DNA of 61,074 nt, the filler included, from Gonapodya sp. JEL0774 (lineage: Eukaryota), in assembly GCA_027604505.1 (NCBI GenBank). It is 19 parts of 19 records of this genome, joined end to end, with 100 filler letters (N's around TTAATTAATTAA, not from the genome) between each part and the next. Parts side by side here need not be neighbours in the genome. Positions count along the whole stretch, not along the records: positions 1 to 3,143 come from JADIIX010001448.1; positions 3,244 to 6,384 come from JADIIX010001449.1; positions 6,485 to 9,618 come from JADIIX010001450.1; positions 9,719 to 12,851 come from JADIIX010001451.1; positions 12,952 to 16,080 come from JADIIX010001452.1; 14 more parts are not named here. The stretch is one strand, 5' to 3'. The position numbers and the translations under genes were made by a program. Below the pieces are notes generated by a model. It ran no database searches, was not told where the DNA came from, and saw only the letters and a list, made by a program, of their open reading frames with translations. Shown in pieces: positions 1 to 13,029 of this stretch (position 1 is the first letter of the stretch; every line of letters starts with the position of its first letter).

Positions 1-131
1 GTAAGTTTTGTATCGTAACTCTCACTATGTTGATATAATTGCTAAGACTGCTCTGCTCCAGAAACTCTTGTGATCACCGCTTTCCCGACAAATGTATCTC
101 CTAGTTGCTTCTCACAAACTCGTTTACCCGA

Positions 132-1514
132 TTAATCTCGCAGGGATTCACCAATCTCTTTGATAGCAGCACTTCTTAACCTTCCATTTACCACCTGCAC
201 CGAGTGCCCTCCATCCCATCGTCTTAGCACCTCCGGCCAATCGGGTTGTCTGCAGGATTGCTGTATCTTTCCCTTCAGCTTTGCATCGTCGCTTATCTTC
301 ACGATTTGAATGATGCACCCTGCCGGAGCACCACGGAGGAGGGCGTCCAGTAAGGTTCCGACACGCTTTCTACCTTTGCTTCCCCCTTTCCATTTCAACA
401 CGATCGTGATGACAAGACATCGCAAAGCAGGTAGAATATCCATCAGCTCTTGAGCAAACGGCGGTACTTCTGACGCCCACCGCGTGAATTCCAAATCTCC
501 GCTGCAGAGCTCCAAGTGAACCTTACGCACACCTTGTAACGGAACACGCGATCCTGGCCACTGCTTGGCACTGGGAAGCAAAGTCCTCTGGTAATGTTTC
601 CAATTACCACCAAATATGGAGATTTGTCCAAGCTCCGTCAAGTTTGGAAAGATGTGACTTGCTTGGAGCAGGGTCATTGCATCCAGATGCGCGAAACTGC
701 TTTTGAATTTGACAAAGAGTGATCTCACGGCCATATACTGGTCTTCGAGCAAGCGACTTCTATATGCGGCGATGTGATGTTCTGAGACTGCTACTGGAAA
801 CAGAGAACTGCCTTCCAGTGCAATAGCACGTGGAAACCTCCGCAGAACGGTGTGAAGGTTACACAGCGGAGCCATGATCCACCAACTCGGACGGCCAAGA
901 TTCGGAGCCACCACGCGAACGACAGAAATCATGGTGACTTCGGGGGCTAGTGCGTCGAGTAGTTCGAAGTTCCTGTCGTCGCCAGTCCCATGGAGGCCAA
1001 ACTCTGGTACGTGGCGCTCTCTGACCAAATCCACGAGCTTCTGGAAAGAAACCGACGATGTATCTTTCCGGTTTCGGTAATCCACGGATGCTCGGACAAC
1101 GATAAGGGTACTGGACCGACTCTTCCACGACCAATGTTTGTTCAAAGCAGTTTCGATCAGCTGATCCAGTCCACCGGACGCCACAACGTCGTCAGCAGCT
1201 AAAATAATTCTCGCTGAGACAGCAGCCCAAACGACGACGCTTCGCGTCCCCGGCCCTCGTTTGACCACCCTAAAGTCATCCCGAACCCACACACTCTGGG
1301 ATGGGCACCCAACACCACGTTCCACTTCCTTGTGAGAGCTGCTCGTCACGATGACCTCGCAGGCTACGCCGATCGAGTCGCCGTTACAACCAGGGATCGC
1401 TCCGAGCGCTGAGGCTCGGATTCTGCGTGAAAGCCGAGGGAGGACAGAGTAGAAGCATTTTGGGGACAAGAAACGGAATATGCGGTGGCAGATTTCGAGG
1501 GGCACGAGGTCCAT
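132..1514 (-). CDS. F-box protein with putative RNI/LRR-like C-terminal region
   Basis: Long ORF (132..1595). The ATG at 1514 gives MDLVPLEICHRIFRFLSPKCFYSVLPRLSRRIR, matching the F-box pattern LP.E...IF..L. Confidence 0.65.
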   Translation of the reverse strand: MDLVPLEICHRIFRFLSPKCFYSVLPRLSRRIRASALGAIPGCNGDSIGVACEVIVTSSSHKEVERGVGCPSQSVWVRDDFRVVKRGPGTRSVVVWAAVSARIILAADDVVASGGLDQLIETALNKHWSWKSRSSTLIVVRASVDYRNRKDTSSVSFQKLVDLVRERHVPEFGLHGTGDDRNFELLDALAPEVTMISVVRVVAPNLGRPSWWIMAPLCNLHTVLRRFPRAIALEGSSLFPVAVSEHHIAAYRSRLLEDQYMAVRSLFVKFKSSFAHLDAMTLLQASHIFPNLTELGQISIFGGNWKHYQRTLLPSAKQWPGSRVPLQGVRKVHLELCSGDLEFTRWASEVPPFAQELMDILPALRCLVITIVLKWKGGSKGRKRVGTLLDALLRGAPAGCIIQIVKISDDAKLKGKIQQSCRQPDWPEVLRRWDGGHSVQVVNGRLRSAAIKEIGESLRD

Positions 1515-1812
1515 CGAGTGAATGAAATGTGCAGGACAATTATGTATGAGGTTGTGCCGTGACTGTGTATCACTGGGCTCAGTTATGTTGATCATGAGCG
1601 GGGCTTAGTACAATGGTCATTCAGGATGTCTGTGAATGCGAACAGGTCCTAAAGTCGTGATATAATGACTGTTATTAGTACAGAAGTTACAGTTTGGGCA
1701 CCCCAACGAACGCTTCGGCAGTTATTCCTTGGGGGCTGGAAGGATTTAGACCGGGGTTCAGCAAATAAGCAACTAACAATCCCGCCTCTAGCACACAACC
1801 AAACTGCACTTA

Positions 1813-2994
1813 CTAGAGGTTTGCTCCACCGGCTGTCTCGATGACAGATCCCGTGATGTGCGAGCCTGCACGAGACACGAGGAAGAGTAGAAGTCCCGCC
1901 ATGTCATTAGTGTCACCGATACGTCCCACTGAAAAGGAAAATGTGGATTCCAGAACATCGGGAGATAAGAACGGTGATGACCCACTTGGTTGCTCATTCT
2001 TAGCTGCCGTTTTAAGACCAGGGTCAAGCCCGGACATTTGGGTCATGCGTGACAAGTACCGGCCAGGGGCAATGGCGTTTACTGTGACTCCCTGCCTGCC
2101 AAGCATCAGTGACTATGATTTATCCTGTCCCAGAGGAAGTTCCTATTACATAAGCTCAAACTCACCCAGCGAGGGAAAAAGCCAAACTCTTCGTCAACTG
2201 ATTAACTGCCGCCTTGGAAACACCGTAGGAGAAGGTGCCTGTCCCGGGTGCCGCAATGGGATCATGGGCGGTAGACGGGTTTAATGCGGCGATAGAAGAG
2301 ATGTTCACAACACGGGCGGGGTCTGTGGGTTGGGAGGCGGCTCTCAGGAGCGGCAAAAGCGCTGGAAGAGAAAACAGACAGAGCGGGACATTCAACATTG
2401 AATTGAAGAGGTACTGAAGGGGTGAAGTGCGTACCGGCCGTCAGGTAGAAGTAGGCCACCAGGTTCACTTTCAAGGTGTTGTTCCAGCCTCCTTCCTCTG
2501 GGAAGTCCGACAGCTTTCCACCCCATGCGATGCCAGCATTGTTGACGAGGATATGAATCTTGGATTCGCTCTTCGCAATTTGCGCTGCGAGGCCTTCGCA
2601 CTGAAAAACGAGGAGCCATGATCAACGACTGCACTTGGAACATCACCGCTGAACCTCGACTCATCAGTATCCCAAACACACATCGGCTCTTCCCCTCAAG
2701 TCCGCTTTAACGGCAATTACTTTCCCACCGCTTTTCTTGGTCGCCTCCAACCCATTAATTTCATCAGCGGTCGCCTGGAGTACCGGAAGCTTACGAGACG
2801 CGATGTACACGCGAGCTCCATTTCGCGCCAGCGCACCCGTAATCATCTTCCCAATACCGGTACCTGTGGATGTTGGCATGAGTGGAAGGAAAACACATGG
2901 GATGACACGATGGATAAGACAGACCTCCACCAGTCACAACAGCGACTTTTCCGTTGACGCCGAAGAGTGATTCGAGGGGGAGGATGTCAGACAT
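1813..2994 (-). CDS. Classical short-chain dehydrogenase/reductase (RhlG/3-oxoacyl-ACP reductase-like), spliced, about 5 introns
   Basis: Exons join to give LFGVNGKVAVVTGG|GTGIG (TGxxxGIG), ILVNNAG, RVVNISS, catalytic YGVSK (YxxxK), VTVNAIAPG and RIG...GSHITG, separated by short GT-AG introns. Confidence 0.92.
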
Positions 2995-3143
2995 TGAAGC
3001 TGCTTACTGCTCTTCAGAATGCGGAGATGTGATGGGAAATGAACCGCATCGGGCAAAACCAGGGACCGCTTGGCGGAAGTTATTTAGCCGGCCCCCTAAC
3101 ATCTTCAGCGCAACTGAGAAAGAAGTGCAGTAGGTGATATTTT

Positions 3144-3243
3144 NNNNNNNNNNNNNNNNNNNNNNNNNNNNNNNNNNNNNNNNNNNNTTAATTAATTAAN
3201 NNNNNNNNNNNNNNNNNNNNNNNNNNNNNNNNNNNNNNNNNNN
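3144..3243. other. Artificial contig linker (44 N + TTAATTAATTAA + 44 N), first of 18
   Basis: Identical 100-bp linkers start at 3144, 6385, 9619, 12852, 16081, 19305, 22527, 25747, 28965, 32183, 35400, 38613, 41826, 45039, 48251, 51461, 54667 and 57872. The 12-mer gives stops in all six frames. Contig lengths never increase along the window. Confidence 0.99.
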
Positions 3244-3244
3244 G

Positions 3245-4634
<1,390 letters not shown>

Positions 4635-5002
4635 GTGCCTATAATGGAGGCGAACGGAGGAGGGTGTTTTGCTCCCAGATATCTTTGTGTGGGCTGTGGT
4701 GCTTCTTGTCTACTTTTTTGCGAGGGGTGCCAGAAACAGGAGAAGGGGGCACGTAATCTCCAAATTTGCAGGACGTTTTTCTCGGTACACGATGCACATA
4801 ATCTGCATTCGCATGACGTAATCGCGCTTCTTGAAGGTCCAACAGCCTGTAACGAATAATGTAATCTTGATCGCGTTGGGAATATAATTTGATCGCGCTT
4901 TTCACAATGATTTATGTTGTAAGTTTTAGTTCCCTCTTGCGCAGTGCATGCAATGCACAACAGCAATGTTCTCAGCTCCAGTACATTATTGTATTCTACG
5001 AC

Positions 5003-6154
5003 TCAACGATTTGCAGAAGATGAAGTGGCAGTTTTCTTCATTCCGGAGCTCTGATCCCTTGGAATGGGGCCCAACCTCGATTTCACGGCGCATTCGTCTG
5101 TGACGTCCGTCCTCTTTCGTCCATGCCAAAACATCTGTGTAGCACTTTCCAACTGTGGAGCACCCCCTTTAAATGTCACTGTGGTTCCGAGGTCCATGCC
5201 CTCCCACCCGTATTCTGCATTTGTCGTGCGAGGTGGTAGGACCCCCTCGTAGGAACGGTCTCGCGCAGATTCGAACACTGTGCGTGTGGAGAGAGAGAGA
5301 CAATCAGCGTCAAAGGGAGGAGGGGTACTGGTAGATGCAAAAAATGGACGACTGGGTTTTTCGGATATAACTACAGCTGTGAAATTGGATGGGAACGTTG
5401 GGGTGCAGTCAGCAAGTACAACCGACAGATCAGATTCGATAGCGTTTACAACGCATTCCTCCACAGATCTACGGACAATGCGGAACTCACTGTTTCGAAA
5501 TGTAGGTGTCATCATGAAGCGCTTTCCAGTTGCTTGTGCGAGCTTTTCCCATTCTGCTTCTTTCAGAGCCCGTACTCTCCCCTGGTGAGGTTCTGACTGA
5601 TCCGGCATGATCCTTTTTGACCGTTCGGTATAATTGGTGGTTTCGTCCTGATAGAATAATTCATTAGCAACTTTACTGCTGCTGGAGGCTGAAGCGATTG
5701 AGGTGATCGCGTTGGTTGCCAGATCAACATCGCGTAGTGTCTGTTCTGCGTGACACTCATTGCCTGGAGCACTAAAACTGTGACGTGATCTCACACTAGA
5801 CGGCTTTGGAAGTCCCTTGTGTTTGAATGCAGTCTTTGATCCCTGTTGGTTCACCGGAGTACCCTGACGCCTAGGCTCCCATCCTTCGCAATAGTGGATC
5901 TTTGAGGCAATGTCGGAAAACGACCCGGCGTCAACTGACGATCGTCCAGATGTTGGTCGTGAAGACGCGTTCACGTGACGAGCCTTAGAGTGAGATTTGT
6001 TGTCAGTTTGCCGTGCTGAAGATAGAGGCGTGACCTTTGTCGCCACGAGCTCCACAGTGAGCACGCGAGCCGAGACACTCCCGTGATTGATTATGGGTGA
6101 TAGGGTTGGTGTAGAACCTCGCTCATTCGGTAATGTTGAGGTTCGAAGGGTCAT
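5003..6154 (-). CDS. FAM183/CFAP144-like ciliary microtubule inner protein; conserved part from the ATG at 5608, probable in-frame intron 5377-5490
   Basis: MPDQ..HQ..LKE, VISEKP, PRTTNAEYGW and FWHGRKRTDVT follow the order of FAM183 motifs as I recall them (HQ..LRE, TRKP, QTE.QEIGW, H.R..SDIT). The true start is uncertain. Confidence 0.5.
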   Translation of the reverse strand: MTLRTSTLPNERGSTPTLSPIINHGSVSARVLTVELVATKVTPLSSARQTDNKSHSKARHVNASSRPTSGRSSVDAGSFSDIASKIHYCEGWEPRRQGTPVNQQGSKTAFKHKGLPKPSSVRSRHSFSAPGNECHAEQTLRDVDLATNAITSIASASSSSKVANELFYQDETTNYTERSKRIMPDQSEPHQGRVRALKEAEWEKLAQATGKRFMMTPTFRNSEFRIVRRSVEECVVNAIESDLSVVLADCTPTFPSNFTAVVISEKPSRPFFASTSTPPPFDADCLSLSTRTVFESARDRSYEGVLPPRTTNAEYGWEGMDLGTTVTFKGGAPQLESATQMFWHGRKRTDVTDECAVKSRLGPIPRDQSSGMKKTATSSSANR

Positions 6155-6484
6155 TGCATCGTGAACTTCTGATCAGCTGTTCCCAGATGACCGTGCAGAT
6201 TCAGATCAGTGTTATAGGTTTTGGAAGCCACCCCGGTGATGAACCTTGCTTCGCACAGAAATGGAATTTCCGAGTAGGCTAAGCCAATTGATTTGCGACT
6301 GATTATGTTCTGAAATTGGGAATGACTTGCGGTGGTCGCCTTCTTGGAAGTCCTAATGACTTGGGATGACATCCTACAGACGGANNNNNNNNNNNNNNNN
6401 NNNNNNNNNNNNNNNNNNNNNNNNNNNNTTAATTAATTAANNNNNNNNNNNNNNNNNNNNNNNNNNNNNNNNNNNNNNNNNNNN

Positions 6485-9400
6485 TTCTCTTGCAATTGTA
6501 TAACATGGGGACCATCGCCCACAATAGTCATTACTGATTTTGAGAACGATGTGGAACCGGTGACACCTGTAACTGACGAGCTCACCGCCAGTGAAGATAT
6601 AGGAGGTAGCTGGTTAATATCCCCAGCGACAACGACGCGAGCGTCACTCGACATTAAACGAAGCGAAGGTAAAAGGGTCAGCGGGGGCATTTGTGAAGCT
6701 TCGTCGACAATCAGCATGTCAAAACACTGAAGCCCGTTCGCTTCACGAGATTGTATCCATTTGTCATATTGCCATGCAGTGGCGCACCATACTCCATACG
6801 CCGGGCCTCCCCAGCTCATATGCTGTGGAGGAGGTTGTCGGTGTCCATTGCTTACTATACATGCTGGTGAGGTATTCACCGTAAGCCAGCCGTCTCGAAT
6901 ACCCTGCTCCCTAAGCGAGTTGAAACGCTGGGCAAATTCAGCGATGGCAGTCTTCGTAAGTGCGGTAACAGCAATTCTGAGTGATCCAATGAGAGCTCGG
7001 TGGTGTGCTTCCATCAACCGTAAACATGTAAGGGCAAGAAAGTATGTCTTTCCAGTTCCTGGTGGTCCCCAGACTGCAGTGAGGCGATGTTGAAGGGTTC
7101 GATCAAGCGCTGCAAGCTGACTTGGCAGAAAATGAGATCTGAGTTCATGACGTTCAAAGATATCGCGCATTGTTCGCGCAGACGGACATGGAATCCTTCC
7201 TAACGCAGGACCTTCTCTGATCACCCTCAGTGCAAATTCAGCGTTGCTTTGTTGTGGGTGCAGTGGTTGTTGCGGCTCGTGATCATCTTCTACGAGGAGA
7301 GAGGTATTTGGGTCCAATGAACGAGCGACAAGTGCCATTGGTTCAGATCCGTCATCGAGATCAATTGACGTGTACTGGTCAGGCACTTTCGGAGTACGGT
7401 AAACGTCTTCTTGTTGTGGCGGCGGTGGCAGTGAGAGTTCCATGTTCAACTCCACGGCGTTTCTAACACTCGCTGCAAGAGTGAAATCGACGTGGCGAGC
7501 GCATATGTACAGTCGCCGACAACCGTGACGCAACCACCGACCAAATATTCCGTGACAACGCGGTGATATTGTCAGTTCAGACGTACATGGATCAATGGCG
7601 CCGAACACAATGACACTGGCAACGGGATCGCTGCCATATCGAGTGGGTGCACTCATCGAGTGCACAAACAAGTCGTCATTGAATGACAAAAGTGCAGCAT
7701 GACTTTCTGCAACTATCCAGGGAAATCCTACAGATTCTTTTGTGAATCGCGAAGCTTCACGCAATAGGACATCTGTCCCACATACAATTGAAAGACCATG
7801 TGGGCCAGCGGACGTTCCTCCACGTCGCTCGATGTTACAAACGAAAACGCCTCCAGCGCCGCTAGCTGGAACAGTATTTGGCACCTCCTCAGCAATGGGT
7901 GCTCTCGATCGTCGGTATTGCAACCGACGCCCTGCAAGGTGAGCCTCGAGCAGGCAAGCGTAGACCATAGTCCTTAGCTCTGGTATTTGAATGACATCCT
8001 CCAATGGTGTGGGGAAAAATTTTCGAGATTGCAAAACAAGTGCATCCCCACAAATGTCGCGGGTGAGTGCTATAATTCTGCGAAGTGTGGTAATGCGGTC
8101 CTGGAAAGTGATTGTGAGAGCACTGTTATCACCAGATAGAAAGTTGTCAATGGCGCGCTCTCTGAATTCTGCATTGACTGTGGTGGTGGTGACGGTTGAT
8201 GGAATCGGTCCATTGCGTGTTTTGTCAAGAACACTCTCCATGTCCTCGAGCGTCGGCGATCCCGGACCGGGAAACGCTAGTACACGACGCATAGCTTGTT
8301 CAACTATGAAGAGGTGAATGTCAGTGCAGAGGACATCTGTGCTTGTGGCAGATATTGTGGTGGTGGTTGGGAGTAATGGTGCATCAAGAGGATCGTCCTG
8401 CACGACTGCTAAAACAGCATCCGGATCTGCGCGCAGCCACGCTGATATACATGAGCGGTACTGTGTCGCATTATAGTCATCCAAAAGAAGCAATTGCTTC
8501 TTGAACCACGCTGCCTCATAAACAGAACCAACGAAGATAGAAAGGCCTGATTTTACGGCTCTTCTGCACAGAACTTCCAGTTCTTGGAGCAAGTCATTGA
8601 TTGTGCCTAAGCGTACACTATCATTGATTGCGTATCCAATAAGCGAATCGTTGAGAGAATCGACAGCTAAAGCAACGTAGATTGCAATGTCTTCATGGTG
8701 AGGCAGATCGAGAAGTGGTGCTGAGTACATAACTGCAGCACACTCCCTCGCCGCGACAATCTTTGGACTTATTCCTGTCGCTGGATCGATAGCAAGAATA
8801 GCGGCAATTATCGGGTCAGTGCCATCTTTGAGCGGCAGAAGTGATTCTATGTCCGAGATAGTTTCAGTGGCCATTTCGCGACTCAGTATTTTGACATGAT
8901 TGGTTGTTAGATCGCCAATCATTTCAATCGTTTTGCGTTCGCGGGCATCCGTCCAGCACGCCGTTCGATGTGGACAGAAACCACAATCCGTGGACGCATG
9001 TCTTGATGGGGGCGTGTCCGTCAGCACAGCTCCCGGAACGATAGTCTGCAGACACTCGTGAATCAAATTCAAAACACCCTCTAGCGGAAATTCACGCACT
9101 ATTAGCGGCGGGCCCGGAAGCCAAACGGCCCCCGTCGTTAACGGCGAGAGTTTGAACTCTTCGAATTGAATTGGTGCACCGCTAATATGCGCACCATCAT
9201 CACCGAATAGGGTACTTCGCCCAGATATGATGCGCTGAAAAAGAAGTGCGTAGAATCCGACTTGAATCTTGTGCTCCAACTTCACTTTCTTGGACGCCTT
9301 AGCATCAATAATCTGCCAGAAGGCTCGACGACCGTCCTGATCTACAGAGAATTTGATGAAGTCCGGTTTGGATACTGCATATGTGACACCCGCATGGATG

Positions 9401-9618
9401 AATTGTGGGAATGCGATGCCAATAGCGTATACAGAACTCCCCGGAGCAGTGCCACGTAAGGCTTGAGCTATTTGAGGTAAAGGGTTGGTTGGATCGCCGC
9501 CGCAATCGACAATCTGATTCTTGTCTTTGAGCTGATTAACCAGTTCTGATTCAAAGTCCATGCCTCTTTGAAACAAGCGAGTCAGTACTGCTGGTAGAGT
9601 GTCAGCTTTGCGAAGGTG
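6485..9618 (-). CDS. RecB/Cas4-like PD-(D/E)XK nuclease (Fe-S Cys motif) + degenerate RNase H-like region + SF1B (Dna2/Upf1-type) helicase; partial at both ends, intronless
   Basis: The frame is open across the whole contig. Motifs: RG.DFE, KPDF, IIDAK, QxxxY (QVGFY), CGFCPHRTAC, Walker A GPPGTGKT, TALTKTAI, DEASQ, GDINQLPP. Confidence 0.85.
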
Positions 9619-9718
9619 NNNNNNNNNNNNNNNNNNNNNNNNNNNNNNNNNNNNNNNNNNNNTTAATTAATTAANNNNNNNNNNNNNNNNNNNNNNNNNN
9701 NNNNNNNNNNNNNNNNNN

Positions 9719-11805
9719 AATACAGACCGCTCAGTTGGCGAATTATGGTGCCGTCAAAAAAATACCAAATACTGACCTTTCGCTCTGCTTCTGCATCACG
9801 AGGCAGTCGTCCCATATGGTCAATTGGCTGTCTGTACTCCTTCATCGCGACGGAGCACCATCTTGCTTGAAGCCTGAGGATACACCAAAGTACAACAATA
9901 AAAATGTTGCCTCTCTCTCGAAGACACATCTCATAAAAGTTGAGATGCCAATGAACTCACGGAGGACCGTTCTCATCAACTTGCAAAAATGCGCGTGATA
10001 CTTTGGCAGACGTGCCAGCCCCTAGAAACTTGCTTTTGATATACGCATCGTAGGGTTTGCCTTTGATCAGGGACCGAAGTGTAGAAATTTGTGCAGCCTC
10101 TGCATCAACTGAAAGCGCTTGCGACTGGCGCTATGACATGCAATGGTTGGTCAGCATGGAGAACAGTCGAGGCCAGACCAACAGAAGGGGGCCACAGTGA
10201 CGAGCAAACCCACCATAATCAGTCTGAGTTTCCTCATCGGGGGGGCCACTCGATTGCTCTGACTACACATTAGGAGTGTTTGGCTGTTTACCGCCTTTGG
10301 GAGTGTTTCGGCGTGTAGATTGGATGGATTCGGGAGTTTCAGTGCGAAGCGCAGTTGTTATTTTAAAGATAACAAGGCAAGCTTACCTTGCTTTCATCAT
10401 AGCAACACGCTTCGTGTCCATGGGGCGGTGAGCCGGACGATGCTTCGTTCCCGTTCTGCGATCCTGATGCGGTCAATTGTTCGAAAGCCTCTGGAAGCTT
10501 AAACCGAGTTGAGACAACACGAGACGGACCGGCGTGTTGTGTGTCTGTGGGAGAAAGCGTGCGGATTTGGGCGGATTGTGCGATAGGAACCTTGGCCGAC
10601 TTATTTATTCGTTACGTCGGTCATTCATGTAAATGATCTATGAAAGCTTACCAGACTCGGCAAGATGCTCAATTCATTAAGCTTTTCTGATTGTCGAGTA
10701 ACAACGAGTTCCAAGGGCTGTTGGTTGCGAGGTTTATCATTATCTGTTCGTCCGAGTGACACCAGAAGATGACGTACCAGATCCGACGTCTTTGTTTGAG
10801 TTATCCCGAGCCCGAGTACGCCAGATGAACCTCCCAGTGGCAGATTACAGGCTGAGGAACGGTTGGCGCGAGTAGAAGCCAGGTCCTTTGGGCCCTGTTG
10901 GAAATGTTAACTTTGAATGCCCGTGAAGGCTTGCCTTACTAAATGATGATTGCATACTTACCAGGCACTCCACGATTCCTGTATCATCATAGTTCTCCGG
11001 GATGGATCGTTGCCTGGCTTCTTGGACTGCCAATGGAAGGGTGCTCGGAAACTTGAAGGACGGAGGGTTGATCTTCAGCGGATTCATGAAAGCACCAAGG
11101 GGACCTACCGCAACCTCCACCTTATCAAAGTTAAACTTGTCCGCCGGGACTTCCACGTGCTCCATCTCCGTACGAACAGGAGTACCATCGTTAAAGATTC
11201 GCCCGTCCAATTTCTCTGTGCGGGGATCCACGAACTCCCCCACCTTCAGCAGCGAGATCAGAATCCAATTCACAAAAATTCATAGGCGGTTGAAAGTTTG
11301 GAGTGAGAAAACGTCCACACAGCAGCAGTCGCAACATAAGATCAACTTGCCGTTCCATGTTTCTCAACTGCTTCAAGGCCCCCCGCAATCTCAGTCTCCT
11401 TGGTCCTTTTCACTGCGTCCCTGCGCTTCATCTAGAATAAGATATTAGCTATTGGGAATGGCTCTGGATTGGAAGAATGTTGCTCATGTTGCTCACTTTT
11501 TCATTTCGTCGTTTATTCTCATGTTCGCGATCGACATTAAACTTGGCATCACGTGCAGTCTGTAGAGCACGAGATAGGATGTGAGCATGCTGCTGCCAAA
11601 CGTTGCGATGTGGATTCTTCACCTGTTGCTGCTTGGGGAGAAAGTCCTTCCGGCGTTGGGCATGCGCAGTTAATTCGGGGAGTTTGCCAGGATGATCGCT
11701 CAAGCATGTTTCAGAGTTCAAGGATGGCTCGCGCGCAGACTGAGAGGCCGCGCTGTTCATGCTGGTGATAATTGCGAGACAGGCAGACTCGAAGGTGCGC
11801 AGCAT
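9719..11805 (-). CDS. Multi-exon hypothetical protein, boundaries uncertain
   Basis: Several minus-strand open segments end at GTRAG-type donors (e.g. ...RRNEK|gtgagc, ...VECL|gtaagt, ...LPSL|gtaagc, ...AERK|gtcagt). No recognisable domain. Confidence 0.35.
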
Positions 11806-12978
11806 GTGAACCGTGCAAGCAAATTGTCGTGAAGAAATTTGTCAAGTGCAGACTCCACAACACATTCTTTGAAGTAGTATTGCTAACAGCGTACTGCCGG
11901 GTCAAAAAGTTGGAGCTTAGTCTTTGCAAAATGCAAATTCATCAGGACGGGAAAATTTCGCTGGATGAGGAGGATCGCCGTACTCCTTAGCTTTGTCTTG
12001 CATTTAATGGTGGTGGTGAGGACCTGCTTGTCGACATTTGCTTGTCTTCAACGTGTTGCGGGGGTTGAAGTGATTCGTATTGGACCGAACTCGCAAAAAT
12101 GTTCATGATTGAATCATACAATCATGAGTTGCGACAAAATGAATCAAGGTTCTCCACTCCTTGTAACCTTGGGAACAACGTTGTTCCTTATAGCGACTTC
12201 GGTGTGTAAAACGAGCCTGGCATTCGCCGTTTGACGCCACTATGTTTGCCTTAGTGAAATATCGACCGAAAGCACTGTTCATTGTCTTCATTGATTTGTC
12301 ACATGGAAAGAGAGAACTTCCTATCGAACGCCGTACACAAGTTAATTTTCTCAATCTTGCATAACATTGGCAGCCAGCGGTTCAACAGCTGGTGACACCA
12401 GGAAACCCCGGATGGGTCACTGGGGTCTGGGATTGGGATCGATCAAGAGCAGAAGATGCGGTTTGAAGGCCTTGATGGTTTGATGAAGTTTCCCGTCGAA
12501 TCGATCTCTCTGAGATTTTTGCTTGCGTGTTCTGAGTTGGGACTCACTTGTCCACAGGAGGGAAGGCCGGGGAGTTGAAGGATCCCCAAAGCCAATTGCT
12601 ATATTCAGTCAATACATCAGGAACTACTCTTGTAAACATTGCGTCTGCTGAGAATTAACGTTATAATCATTGAACGGTTGGTGTTGTTCAAGAGGAATAT
12701 CAAGGACGGCCTTAGTGTCCATTGCGCAAATATTTTATTGTTTGTGAGTTGGATTTCCTCTAAATGAACCGCCTTTGTCGGTGTCTTCTGTATTGAATCC
12801 AGCTGTGACACATTATTGGTGAAGTGCACAGTGTCGGTCTCTCGGTGCCTTNNNNNNNNNNNNNNNNNNNNNNNNNNNNNNNNNNNNNNNNNNNNTTAAT
12901 TAATTAANNNNNNNNNNNNNNNNNNNNNNNNNNNNNNNNNNNNNNNNNNNNACAACCCTGTAATCGCCGCACGACTTT

Positions 12979-13029
12979 GCTGTGGAGTTCACCACGTTAA
13001 TAAACATACTGATAAAGTTAGGGTTAGGT
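12979..13029 (+). repeat. 51-bp direct repeat, copy 1 (hairpin + AATAAA + TTAGGGTTAGG)
   Basis: gctgtggagttcaccacgttaataaacatactgataaagttagggttaggt, identical to 15954..16004. Confidence 0.97.

Noticed and set aside
6485..9618. CRISPR-associated Cas4
   Set aside because: There is no array and no other cas gene, the context is eukaryotic, and the nuclease fold is shared with RecB/AddB/Dna2 proteins.
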